Origin: a virus | Taxonomy: Duplodnaviria > Heunggongvirae > Uroviricota > Caudoviricetes | Direction: 5' to 3' (one strand) | DNA: 16,516 nucleotides | Virus record (IMG/VR): IMGVR_UViG_3300010261_000025 | Location: 1-16,516 of that record | Shown: positions 1 to 7,699 of the stretch, in pieces | Position numbering within the stretch: the first letter of the stretch is position 1 | How the letters are laid out: each line of letters opens with the position of its first letter | The notes under the pieces: generated by a model | The model's input: only the letters and a program-made list of their open reading frames with translations | What the model was told of the DNA's origin: nothing | Databases searched by the model: none | Program-made: the position numbers and the translations under genes

Positions 1-1387
1 AAACGCCAGCAGCAGCAACCCTGCGCATCGCCGCAATGAGATGATGGCCTGTGTTAAAGGTCTGGAGCTTATCGCGGAAATGCGCGGTGACTGCGCCGTT
101 TTCTACACTATCACCTGTCCGTCGCGTTTCCATTCCACGCTAAATAACGGCAGACCAAACCCGACCTGGACAAACGCGACGGTAAGACAAAGCAGCGATT
201 ATCTGGTCGGCATGTTTGCTGCATTTCGTAAGGCGATGCACAAAGCCGGGTTGCGCTGGTATGGCGTGCGGGTGGCTGAGCCGCATCATGATGGCACAGT
301 TCACTGGCACCTGTTGTGTTTCATGCGCAAAAAAGACCGCCGTGCCATCACTGCATTACTGCGTAAGTTTGCCATCCGTGAAGACCGCGAGGAGCTGGGC
401 AATAACACTGGGCCGCGCTTTAAGTCTGAGTTGATTAACCCGCGCAAAGGAACGCCGACAAGCTACATCGCGAAATATATCAGTAAGAACATTGACGGTC
501 GTGGTCTGGCTGGCGAGATCAGCAAGGAAACGGGTAAATCTCTGCGTGATAACGCTGAATACGTGAATGCTTGGGCGTCTCTGCATCGTGTTCAGCAATT
601 CCGCTTCTTTGGTATTCCGGGGCGTCAGGCTTACCGTGAACTTCGCTTGCTGGCTGGTCAGGCGGCAAGGCAACAGGGTGACAAAAAAGCAGGTGCGCCG
701 GTACTGGATAACCCGCGTCTTGATGCCATTCTGGCTGCTGCTGATGCTGGTTGTTTTGCCACCTACATCATGAAGCAGGGCGGCGTACTGGTTCCCCGTA
801 AATATCACCTCATCAGAACCGCTTATGAAATCAACGAAGAGCCGACCGCCTATGGCGATCACGGCATTCGTATTTATGGCATCTGGTCACCCATTGCAGA
901 GGGCAAGATCTGCACTCATGCAGTGAAGTGGAAAATGGTTCGTAAAGCCGTTGACGTTCAGGAGGCGGCAGCCGACCAGGGCGCTTGCGCCCCTTGGACT
1001 CGTGGCAATAACTGTCCCCTTGCTGAAAATTTGAACCAACAGGAGAAAGATAAATCAGCTGACGGGGACACCAGAACTGACATTACCCGCATGGATGACA
1101 AGGAGTTGCACGATTATCTGCACAGTATGAGCAAAAAAGAGCGTCGGGAACTGGCTGCAAGGTTACGCCAGGTGAAACCGAAACGGCGCAAAGACTACAA
1201 ACAGCGAATTACAGACCATCAGCGACAGCAGCTCGTCTATGAACTGAAGTCCAGAGGATTTGATGGCAGCGAGAAAGAGGTCGATTTACTCCTTCGCGGA
1301 GGCAGTATTCCGTCAGGGGCTGGCCTGCGTATCTTCTATCGGAATCAGCGTTTACAGGAAGATGATAAGTGGCGGAACCTGTATTAA
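1..1387 (+). CDS. A: Replication initiation protein GpA (rolling-circle initiator endonuclease), C-terminal part; 5' end lies outside the window (reading frame begins at position 2)
   Basis: Open frame runs from window edge to TAA at 1385-1387. Translation contains an HUH-like motif (VHWHLL) and a tyrosine-containing motif (YIAKYISK) typical of rolling-circle initiators. Position matches P2 gene A upstream of the variable region. Confidence 0.85.
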   Translation, partial: NASSSNPAHRRNEMMACVKGLELIAEMRGDCAVFYTITCPSRFHSTLNNGRPNPTWTNATVRQSSDYLVGMFAAFRKAMHKAGLRWYGVRVAEPHHDGTVHWHLLCFMRKKDRRAITALLRKFAIREDREELGNNTGPRFKSELINPRKGTPTSYIAKYISKNIDGRGLAGEISKETGKSLRDNAEYVNAWASLHRVQQFRFFGIPGRQAYRELRLLAGQAARQQGDKKAGAPVLDNPRLDAILAAADAGCFATYIMKQGGVLVPRKYHLIRTAYEINEEPTAYGDHGIRIYGIWSPIAEGKICTHAVKWKMVRKAVDVQEAAADQGACAPWTRGNNCPLAENLNQQEKDKSADGDTRTDITRMDDKELHDYLHSMSKKERRELAARLRQVKPKRRKDYKQRITDHQRQQLVYELKSRGFDGSEKEVDLLLRGGSIPSGAGLRIFYRNQRLQEDDKWRNLY

Positions 1388-1479
1388 TTACGCGGATTAA
1401 CAATTCGTGCTCTTAATAATACCAGGCATATCAGGCTGATGAACGTAAAAAAACGTTTTACATCAGTAAGATTATTATA

Positions 1480-1499
1480 TACTGTAAATATAAACAGTG
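1480..1499 (+). promoter_or_regulatory. LexA (SOS) box overlapping a putative promoter for the downstream small ORF and dinI-like gene
   Basis: TACTGTAAATATAAACAGTG = CTGT-N8-ACAG with an AT-rich spacer, matching the LexA consensus TACTGT(AT)4ACAGTA. TTTACA (-35-like) at 1457-1462 and TATACT at 1478-1483 overlap it. Confidence 0.6.
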
Positions 1500-1540
1500 G
1501 TCATGTATACAGTATTGCTTGTGGTGTTATAGGAGGAAAG

Positions 1541-1729
1541 ATGCAGGACTATTTTTTGGAGTCTTTGAAGCTCCAGCGCATTGATTTTTTTCTTAAGCTT
1601 GTAGCGGCTAGTGAGTGTAGTGATGAAGAGAAGGGGCTGGCTCTGCAGTGGGTTTCTGAATTGACTGATGAACTCATGGCAAAAATCAGAACCCACGAAT
1701 ACAACCGCTCAATGGATGTCATCAGCTGA
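1541..1729 (+). CDS. Small hypothetical protein (62 aa) under the LexA box; possible Tum-like SOS-induced antirepressor by position (unverified)
   Basis: ATG at 1541 is preceded by AGGAGGAAAG, a strong RBS. The longer ORF-track start at 1439 would overlap the LexA box and promoter, so the internal start is preferred. Located like the 186 tum locus, right of gene A. Confidence 0.5.
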   Translation: MQDYFLESLKLQRIDFFLKLVAASECSDEEKGLALQWVSELTDELMAKIRTHEYNRSMDVIS

Positions 1730-1739
1730 GGTGACTTTT

Positions 1740-1973
1740 ATGCGCATTGAAATAATGATCGATAAAGAGCAGAAGATTAGCCAGTCTACCCTGGATGCCC
1801 TTGAATCCGAGCTTTACCGCAATCTGCGCCCCCTGTATCCCAAAACGGTAATTCGTATCCGCAAAGGTAGCTCTAACGGTGTGGAACTGACCGGACTGCA
1901 ACTGGACGAAGAAAGGAAGCAAGTGATGAAAATTATGCAGAAGGTGTGGGAAGACGACAGCTGGTTACATTAG
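1740..1973 (+). CDS. DinI-family protein
   Basis: Translation MRIEIMIDK...DALESEL...KQVMKIMQKVWEDDSW shares the DinI signature (MRIE start, DAL..EL, C-terminal I.Q..WE..D.W). ATG at 1740 is preceded by GAGGTG. It is 10 nt downstream of the preceding ORF, suggesting one SOS-regulated transcript. Confidence 0.8.
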   Translation: MRIEIMIDKEQKISQSTLDALESELYRNLRPLYPKTVIRIRKGSSNGVELTGLQLDEERKQVMKIMQKVWEDDSWLH

Positions 1974-1979
1974 GGTACG

Positions 1980-2014
1980 TTGCGGACGATAAAACTGGTT
2001 TTTACCGTTCGCAA
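1980..2014 (+). other. Long imperfect palindrome / RNA hairpin just downstream of the dinI-like stop (14-bp stem, one mismatch, one G-U, 5-nt loop); no U-tract
   Basis: TTGCGGACGATAAAAC-TGG-TTTTTACCGTTCGCAA; the arms are reverse complements apart from 1989/2005 and a G-T at 1985/2009. Confidence 0.4.
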
Positions 2015-2099
2015 GGTTGAGCAACGAGCCGTGCGAGGCGTTAGTTATGGATAAATTGGTTGCAGGGTGATATGTAAATAGGTTAATACGTAGCACTCT

Positions 2100-2135
2100 T
2101 CGAATAGTTTCGTATTTTTGTTGTCCTATAATCAT
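2100..2135 (+). promoter_or_regulatory. Candidate sigma70 promoter for the cargo operon (TATAAT at 2127-2132)
   Basis: A perfect TATAAT hexamer lies about 60 nt upstream of the ATG at 2194; the -35 region is weak. AT-rich context. Confidence 0.3.
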
Positions 2136-2193
2136 AAGATGACAGCTTCCATGCACCACAATCCGTGGCGTTTGAGGCATAAGGAGGAAAATA

Positions 2194-2393
2194 TGTCTGA
2201 ACTTCTGCGCAAAGTTCTCTCTGCACCAGGTAAGATTATGCAGGATGTCATCCGTCAGGATGTGCAACAGTCTGATAATAGTAAAATTATCACAGATGCT
2301 AATGGTGCGGCGACCTTAAACATGAACAATAAGCAGGTACGTGAATCAATGCGTGCCAGAATGGAAGAATTGGCTGCAAAACGACAAGGATGA
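2194..2393 (+). CDS. Hypothetical small hydrophilic protein (66 aa), first gene of an AT-rich cargo operon
   Basis: ATG at 2194 preceded by AAGGAGGAAAAT. Its stop TGA (2391-2393) lies 3 nt before the next ATG, indicating translational coupling. No recognisable motif. Confidence 0.5.
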
Positions 2394-2396
2394 GGA

Positions 2397-3179
2397 ATGG
2401 GACCCTTAGTTATCATGGTCGTCCTGGTTTGCGGGTTCTGGTACACCGAAAATCATTACCAGTCCCGCATCAGGCAAGCAAGAAGTAATGGTTGGAATTC
2501 CTATTTTTATGTAGCTATGCATGGTTGTAAGTTTGCTATTCAGGGGTTTACTCTGATGGCTGTTACATTCGTTACCTTGCTAGTTATAAGCTCAGTTATC
2601 AATGTTTTTGGTTATTTTTGGCCTAAGTTACATGTGGACTTTTATTCATGGCTCACAGACGTAAAGATAATGTCTTACCCATTGTTCTTTGTGTTGTCTA
2701 TGCTGCTTGCGGTGTTTATTGCTTATGACCAAGGTAACAATGCGCGAAGAGCAATAGAAAACGAAGAGATTCGTCAATCTGCATATCGCGAGATGGCAGC
2801 TCAAGATGGAATTGAGTCACTGTTAGTTCAGGCTATAGATGAAGGTAAGCTCATCTTTGTTACGCTAAAATCCAGAAAAGTTTACATTGGTTACGTAGCT
2901 GCTCCTCGGATGGAGCATCAGGAAACTCAGCATCTGGCTCTCATACCATACATCAGTGGTTATCGTGATAAAGATACGCTCAGATACCATGAGCAGCATC
3001 GTTACTATGAACTTTACCTTAGTAAAAATATTACAGCAGACTCAACTCCACTGAACTTAAATCATTTTAGGCATGTAATCCCAATGGATCAGGTTGAGAG
3101 TATTTCAATATTTGATACTGAAACTTATAAATCTTTCGAAGATTTTTCTACGCCTGACCAGACCAAAGTCACTGCATGA
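2397..3179 (+). CDS. Hypothetical membrane protein (260 aa): three predicted N-terminal TM helices plus a ~150-aa soluble C-terminal domain; candidate phage-encoded defence/abortive-infection effector
   Basis: Hydrophobic stretches PLVIMVVLVCGFWY, FTLMAVTFVTLLVISSVINVFGYFW and IMSYPLFFVLSMLLAVFIAY. Visibly AT-rich compared with flanking phage genes. Sits in the variable region between gene A and the cos/portal end. Confidence 0.6.
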   Translation: MGPLVIMVVLVCGFWYTENHYQSRIRQARSNGWNSYFYVAMHGCKFAIQGFTLMAVTFVTLLVISSVINVFGYFWPKLHVDFYSWLTDVKIMSYPLFFVLSMLLAVFIAYDQGNNARRAIENEEIRQSAYREMAAQDGIESLLVQAIDEGKLIFVTLKSRKVYIGYVAAPRMEHQETQHLALIPYISGYRDKDTLRYHEQHRYYELYLSKNITADSTPLNLNHFRHVIPMDQVESISIFDTETYKSFEDFSTPDQTKVTA

Positions 3180-3296
3180 CTATGCCGCATGAATATGCAT
3201 GATCGTTCGAGGATCGTTTTTGCTGAGGCCCGCCAGTTCTGGTGGGCTTTTGCTTATGTCATGCACCTGCATGAAAATCGCTACAAAAAGCGGGCA

Positions 3297-3315
3297 GGCG
3301 TGGCGGGGATACGAG
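3297..3315 (+). other. Candidate cos (cohesive end) site
   Basis: GGCGTGGCGGGGATACGAG in a GC-rich non-coding island. As I recall them, the 19-nt cohesive ends of P2 (GGCGAGGCGGGGAAAGCAC) and 186 (GGCGTGGCGGGGAAAGCAT) match in the first 13 nt. The location between the replication side and portal Q is as expected for cos. Confidence 0.35.
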
Positions 3316-3394
3316 CGCGCGCAAACATGTTTACTTGCAATTAATGTAGATATATTCTGAAATTGATAACTTACACATGAAAGGAGACGTGAGA

Positions 3395-3586
3395 GTGGCA
3401 AAATATACACCGGGCCAGAAAGTAAAACATGCAACAGGACATGGTCCAATCATGGTAATTGATCACTACCAATCGGCTACAATGGCAGTTTGTACGTGGT
3501 TTATTGGTGCTAAGAACCAGCGCGGAGTTTTTCATGAAGATACTCTAGTTTTATTTGTTCCAAAAGCTGAGAGTGATGATGAATGA
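3395..3586 (+). CDS. DUF2158 (YodC-like) small protein, ~63 aa
   Basis: GTG at 3395 follows AAGGAGA by about 8 nt; the ATG at 3377 is an alternative start. Motifs GQKVKHATGHGPIMVI and CTWFIGAKNQRGVFHEDTL resemble the DUF2158 pattern (G.KV.LKSGGP.MTV ... C.WF.G ... F). Confidence 0.5.
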   Translation: MAKYTPGQKVKHATGHGPIMVIDHYQSATMAVCTWFIGAKNQRGVFHEDTLVLFVPKAESDDE

Positions 3587-3845
3587 TTCTCTGATAAAAA
3601 TAGTTGACTGGATGGTTAATACCACTCGTTCTAATGGTGTGTTGTATCAGTCCGAGGTTGTTGAATTTCTAATCAATGACTTTGGGGACGAGTTCATCAA
3701 AACTAATGAGAATGGTAATTACGCTATAAGCAGTACTGTGCTAGCAAATTTTAGAAAGGCTAGCAAAGACGATATAGTTTGGGATCGTGAACAGTTAGCT
3801 TGGCGTTTACGCAATGAAAGCGATTTACCCGGACGGATGCAGTAG
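3576..3845 (+). CDS. Hypothetical protein (~89 aa), translationally coupled to the DUF2158 gene
   Basis: Tandem ATG ATG at 3576-3581 overlaps the upstream stop (GATGATGAATGA). The ORF ends at 3845 and is followed by a hairpin terminator. No recognisable domain. Confidence 0.45.
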   Translation: MMNDSLIKIVDWMVNTTRSNGVLYQSEVVEFLINDFGDEFIKTNENGNYAISSTVLANFRKASKDDIVWDREQLAWRLRNESDLPGRMQ

Positions 3846-3862
3846 AGATAATACAGATAATA

Positions 3863-3903
3863 GTGAACAAGCTGATAATTTCAACTTGTTCACTTCTTTT
3901 TTA
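3863..3903 (+). terminator. Rho-independent terminator (possibly bidirectional) between the small-gene pair and portal gene Q
   Basis: GTGAACAAGCTG-ATAATTT-CAACTTGTTCAC hairpin (about 11-bp stem, one mismatch) followed by TTCTTTTTTAT. Confidence 0.6.
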
Positions 3904-4941
3904 TGACTGATTATTTTCTAAGCCATAATATTCAAATTTGACTACCTCTTCATCTAACCATTCATTAATTTCGGCAATGCGTTTTTGTAAAGGCATCAGT
4001 TCATTCCGAACAAATACCCGGCTGGCTTTCTCCACATCCCCAAACCCCCCTACATTATTAGGCATAATCCCCATCATCTGCGGCGGCACTCGGTGTGCTG
4101 CCATCATGTCGTCCCGGCTCACGTTCTTGATATTCAGAAACTCATCCTTCGCCGCGACTTCTGACAACGGGATGATCTGAAGCCCGTCCTTTTTGCCGTT
4201 AGGCGAGTACATAAACAGATTGCGGAAGTTACCTGGTCCTTTGGCGCTTTTCATCGCATTGCGGAGGTTGTTCACATCCTCCTGGTTTTGCGCGGCATCG
4301 GTCATGTACATGATGAAGCCTGCATGACTGCCGTTAATGTAATACTTTCGACGGAACAGCGTGGCGGACTCGTTGAGCAGGGCAGACGGAATGGCAGAAA
4401 GATAACCGGGCAGGCCGTAGATCTCCTGATTAATATCCGGTTCCATTAGATGAAAAATGCTGCCTTTCGTGAACTGATACGGCTGGGTTGTCATACCGTA
4501 TTGCACAAACCAGTAGGTATCCAGGTCTAACCCGCGTCGGGTGTATTTTGCCAGCGCAGGCTCAAGGGCGATAACTTCACCGAATCGGTTCGTGCGTTTC
4601 TCCAGGTAGGCGTTACCAAATACCAGATAGTCCTGCACAAAACGCGAAAAAGCCTGCTGGCTGAGCAGCGGATGAGGGATATAGGTACTGGTCAGAATGT
4701 TGCACTTTACTGCAATCGGGGAACTGTGATGCACGGCGGCGCGGAAGGTGCGCGCCAGTCCGTCAAAGCTGACGGGCGGCTCATACCAACGGTCCATCTG
4801 TACGCATTCCACATAGTCCAGCAGTTCACGGCGGTCCAGAACAGGAACGGGATCGCCGAAGCTGAATGCTTCGGCTGTAGTTTGACTTTTAAGCTGGATC
4901 TGTTTCGTCGCCGCAGCTCGGTTCTTCTTACTCTTTCCCAT
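3901..4941 (-). CDS. Q: Portal vertex protein GpQ
   Basis: 346-aa ORF beginning MGKSKKNRAAATKQ, with the size and gene order of P2 Q. The ATG at 4941 overlaps the stop of the upstream terminase gene; the ORF track extends one codon further to a TTG. Confidence 0.9.
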   Translation of the reverse strand: MGKSKKNRAAATKQIQLKSQTTAEAFSFGDPVPVLDRRELLDYVECVQMDRWYEPPVSFDGLARTFRAAVHHSSPIAVKCNILTSTYIPHPLLSQQAFSRFVQDYLVFGNAYLEKRTNRFGEVIALEPALAKYTRRGLDLDTYWFVQYGMTTQPYQFTKGSIFHLMEPDINQEIYGLPGYLSAIPSALLNESATLFRRKYYINGSHAGFIMYMTDAAQNQEDVNNLRNAMKSAKGPGNFRNLFMYSPNGKKDGLQIIPLSEVAAKDEFLNIKNVSRDDMMAAHRVPPQMMGIMPNNVGGFGDVEKASRVFVRNELMPLQKRIAEINEWLDEEVVKFEYYGLENNQS

Positions 4942-6707
4942 CAAAAAATCTCCACAATATTGCTGGTATTGGCGGATTCGCCCTGCAGCGGTTCGTTAAA
5001 CAGTGCGTGCATCGTTGCCCATGCCAGATCGGCGTGGCTGGCTTCTTCGCTGCGGCTGGCTTCATAGGTCGGGCGGTTGCCACTGGCGGTGGTGGCGCGA
5101 CGGATTGCCATAAATGACTGCGCAATGTCGGTATGTCCGGCGTCAAACTCCAGACGGCGGTGGCTGATAATGTCGTAGGCCTTGAGTACCAGGGCGTTTT
5201 TAACGTTGGGGTTGTAGACAAACTCCCGGACGGCAGGAAAGAACGCTTTCACGTTCTCGTAAACCCCGTGACCAACGCCGGTTGAGTCGATGCCGATGTA
5301 GGTCACGTTGTACTGCTCGGTCAGTTTTTTGATTGCGTCAGCCTGGGCGCGGAAGTCCATCCCGCGCCACTGGTGACGCTCAAGAATGCGAAACTTACCG
5401 CCCGGCACGGCTGGCGGTGCCACCACCACGCATCCGGCGCTGTCGCCGTTCTGCGTACCTTTTGCCGGGTCATAACCGATCCACACTTCGCGCCAGCCAA
5501 ACGGGCGCAGGGCCAGAGCATGAAAGTCGGTCCAGACTTCCCAACTGTCCACCATGCACGTCTGCAGCTCGCTGAGCGGAAACACGGACGCGAGATCGTC
5601 CACAAACTCGCACATCAGTAGGTTCTGGTATTCGTCCGGGCTGTACTCCATGCGCAACTGGTCGAGGTCGAACAGGTTACAGCCGCCGCGCACCGCATCT
5701 TCCACAGTGACTATCTGGCGGTACTGCCCGTCTGCGCACAGCAGGCCGGGGGCCAGATTGCTGTGGGACAGGTCGATGTCCACCTTATCGGCTTTGTTGC
5801 GCCCACGATTGAACAGCGCACCGGACCAGAACGGATAAGCACTGTGAGTCAGGCTGGATGGCGTGGAAAAATAGGTTTGTCGCCATTTTTTGTGAATAGC
5901 CATACCGGAAGCCACTTTGCGCAGCTCCTGGAATTTCGGTATCCAGAAATATTCATCCAGATACAGGTTGCCGTGATAACTCTGGGCCGTGCGGGCATTG
6001 GTGCCGAGGAAGTAAAGCGTGGCCCCGTTAGGAAGCACCATCGGATCGCCTTTCAGCTCCACCTCCACTTCTTTGGCGAAGTCGATGATGTACTGCTTAA
6101 AGACGTGGGCCTGTGCCTTACTGGCGGAAAGGAAAATCTGGTTACGCCCGGTAAGCAGGGCGTCAATCAGGGCTTCACGGGCAAAGTAAAAGGTCGCGCC
6201 GATCTGGCGTGACTTCAGCAGGTTGCGGATGCGGTTGGTTTTTCCGGCTTCCCACCAGTGGCGCTGGTAGTTGAACATGGAGGAATGGAAGATTTCTTCC
6301 AGCTTCTCAATCTGTTCATCGGTGAAGACATTTTTTTCCGGCTGACGGCGCGGGCCTTTGTTGCGGTTGGCGACGTTAGGGTTTAAGTCAGCTTCGTTGC
6401 CGCCATTGTTAAACTTGCCGATCCGCGCGTGGCGCTCAGACTGGCGCGCCAGCAGGTCAATCTCTTTGAAATCTTTCCCTTCTTTGTGCTCCTTCATAAT
6501 GAGCTGGCAGTAGCGTGCGGCGGTGGTGAGCTGCATCTGATCCAGCGGCCCATAGTCACCCCACTTGTCGCGTTTTTTCCAGCTGTGAACGGTTGCAACT
6601 TTCTCGCCCAGCATTTCAGCAATGCGGGCGACGCGGTATCCCTGAAAGTACAGCAGCATGGCCTGCCGACGGGGATCGAGATCTGCGGGTGTCAGTGTGG
6701 TGTTCAT
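4941..6707 (-). CDS. P: Terminase large (ATPase) subunit GpP
   Basis: 588-aa ORF with the size and order of P2 P, co-oriented with Q and divergent from O. Confidence 0.9.
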   Translation of the reverse strand: MNTTLTPADLDPRRQAMLLYFQGYRVARIAEMLGEKVATVHSWKKRDKWGDYGPLDQMQLTTAARYCQLIMKEHKEGKDFKEIDLLARQSERHARIGKFNNGGNEADLNPNVANRNKGPRRQPEKNVFTDEQIEKLEEIFHSSMFNYQRHWWEAGKTNRIRNLLKSRQIGATFYFAREALIDALLTGRNQIFLSASKAQAHVFKQYIIDFAKEVEVELKGDPMVLPNGATLYFLGTNARTAQSYHGNLYLDEYFWIPKFQELRKVASGMAIHKKWRQTYFSTPSSLTHSAYPFWSGALFNRGRNKADKVDIDLSHSNLAPGLLCADGQYRQIVTVEDAVRGGCNLFDLDQLRMEYSPDEYQNLLMCEFVDDLASVFPLSELQTCMVDSWEVWTDFHALALRPFGWREVWIGYDPAKGTQNGDSAGCVVVAPPAVPGGKFRILERHQWRGMDFRAQADAIKKLTEQYNVTYIGIDSTGVGHGVYENVKAFFPAVREFVYNPNVKNALVLKAYDIISHRRLEFDAGHTDIAQSFMAIRRATTASGNRPTYEASRSEEASHADLAWATMHALFNEPLQGESANTSNIVEIF

Positions 6708-6753
6708 GGCACAAACCTACAGCCTTGAATGAAGGCTTTCCCCGCCTGCGGTT

Positions 6754-6771
6754 TGTGTGGTTGTCGGTACA
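6754..6771 (+). promoter_or_regulatory. Late-promoter activator (Ogr/Delta-type) binding site upstream of O: TGT-N12-ACA
   Basis: TGTGTGGTTGTCGGTACA at 6754-6771 in the P/O divergent intergenic region, about 80-95 nt upstream of the O start codon. P2 late promoters carry a TGT-N12-ACA dyad centred near -55. Confidence 0.45.
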
Positions 6772-6849
6772 AATACCGCGCATTGTTTCACTGCCCCCAT
6801 CACCGCAACCATAAGGCTCCAGTAAGTTTTTTCTAACGGAGCACGGCTC

Positions 6850-7683
6850 ATGACAGTGAAAGCAAAGCGTTTTCGCATCGGGGTGGAAGGTGCCACCACC
6901 GATGGACGCGAAATCCAGCGTGAATGGCTGGAACAGATGGCAGCCAGCTACAACCCGGCGGTGTATACCGCGCTGATTAACCTTGAGCACATCAAGTCTT
7001 ATCTGCCGGACAGCACCTTTAACCGCTACGGCAAGGTGACGGCGCTGTTTGCTGAAGAAATCACGGAAGGTCCGCTGGCAGGCAAGATGGCGCTGTATGC
7101 CGACGTTGAGCCAACGGAGTCCCTGGTGGAACTGGTGAAAAAAGGCCAGAAATTATTCACCTCTATGGAAGTCAGCCCGAAGTTCGCTGATACGGGCAAA
7201 GCCTACCTGGTCGGCCTGGCTGCCACTGATGACCCTGCCAGTCTGGGTACGGAAATGCTGACATTCAGCGCCAGTGCAGCCCATAACCCGCTGGCAAACC
7301 GCAAGCAGAATCCTGCCAATCTCTTTACCGCTGCAGAGGAAACGGTGATCGAACTGGAAGAAATCCAGGACGACAAACCGTCCCTGTTTGCCCGCGTCAC
7401 GGCGCTGTTTACCAAAAAAGAGCAGTCCGATGACGCCAGGTTCTCTGATGTGCATAAGGCCGTGGAGCTGGTCGCCACTGAGCAGCAGAACCTGAGCGCA
7501 CACACCGAAAAATCCCTGTCTGAGCAGGAAGAACGTCTGTCTGAGCTGGAGACTGCCCTGCAGGCACAGCAGACCGCCTTTAACGAACTGGTGGACAAGC
7601 TGAGTCATGAAGACAGCCGCCAGGACTACCGCCAGCGTGCAACAGGCGGTAACGCCCCCGCTGACACTCTGACCAATTGCTGA
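6850..7683 (+). CDS. O: Capsid scaffolding protein GpO
   Basis: 277-aa ORF; RBS ACGGAG before the ATG; acidic coiled-coil-like C-terminal region; position between P and N as in P2. Confidence 0.9.
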   Translation: MTVKAKRFRIGVEGATTDGREIQREWLEQMAASYNPAVYTALINLEHIKSYLPDSTFNRYGKVTALFAEEITEGPLAGKMALYADVEPTESLVELVKKGQKLFTSMEVSPKFADTGKAYLVGLAATDDPASLGTEMLTFSASAAHNPLANRKQNPANLFTAAEETVIELEEIQDDKPSLFARVTALFTKKEQSDDARFSDVHKAVELVATEQQNLSAHTEKSLSEQEERLSELETALQAQQTAFNELVDKLSHEDSRQDYRQRATGGNAPADTLTNC

Positions 7684-7699
7684 TGGAGCACAAAACCCG

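Noticed and set aside
356-862. 168-aa ORF on the minus strand inside gene A
   Set aside because: Entirely antisense to the well-supported replication gene, with no RBS context or recognisable motif; a typical shadow ORF.
1499-1515. Possible second LexA box (TGTATACAGTA)
   Set aside because: Only an ACAG half-site is present; there is no CTGT at the required 8-nt spacing.
1439-1540. Longer 96-aa version of the SOS-regulated small ORF starting at 1439
   Set aside because: That start lies upstream of the LexA box and promoter elements and has no RBS; the ATG at 1541 has a strong AGGAGG RBS.
4928-5221. 97-aa minus-strand ORF overlapping the terminase gene in another frame
   Set aside because: Fully embedded in the terminase P coding sequence on the same strand, with a Pro/Ala-rich low-complexity translation; no evidence for a real overlapping gene.
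5763-6212. 149-aa plus-strand ORF, with several other 80-100 aa ORFs in 5321-5838
   Set aside because: All lie antisense within the terminase P coding region, which is GC-rich and so gives long spurious open frames.
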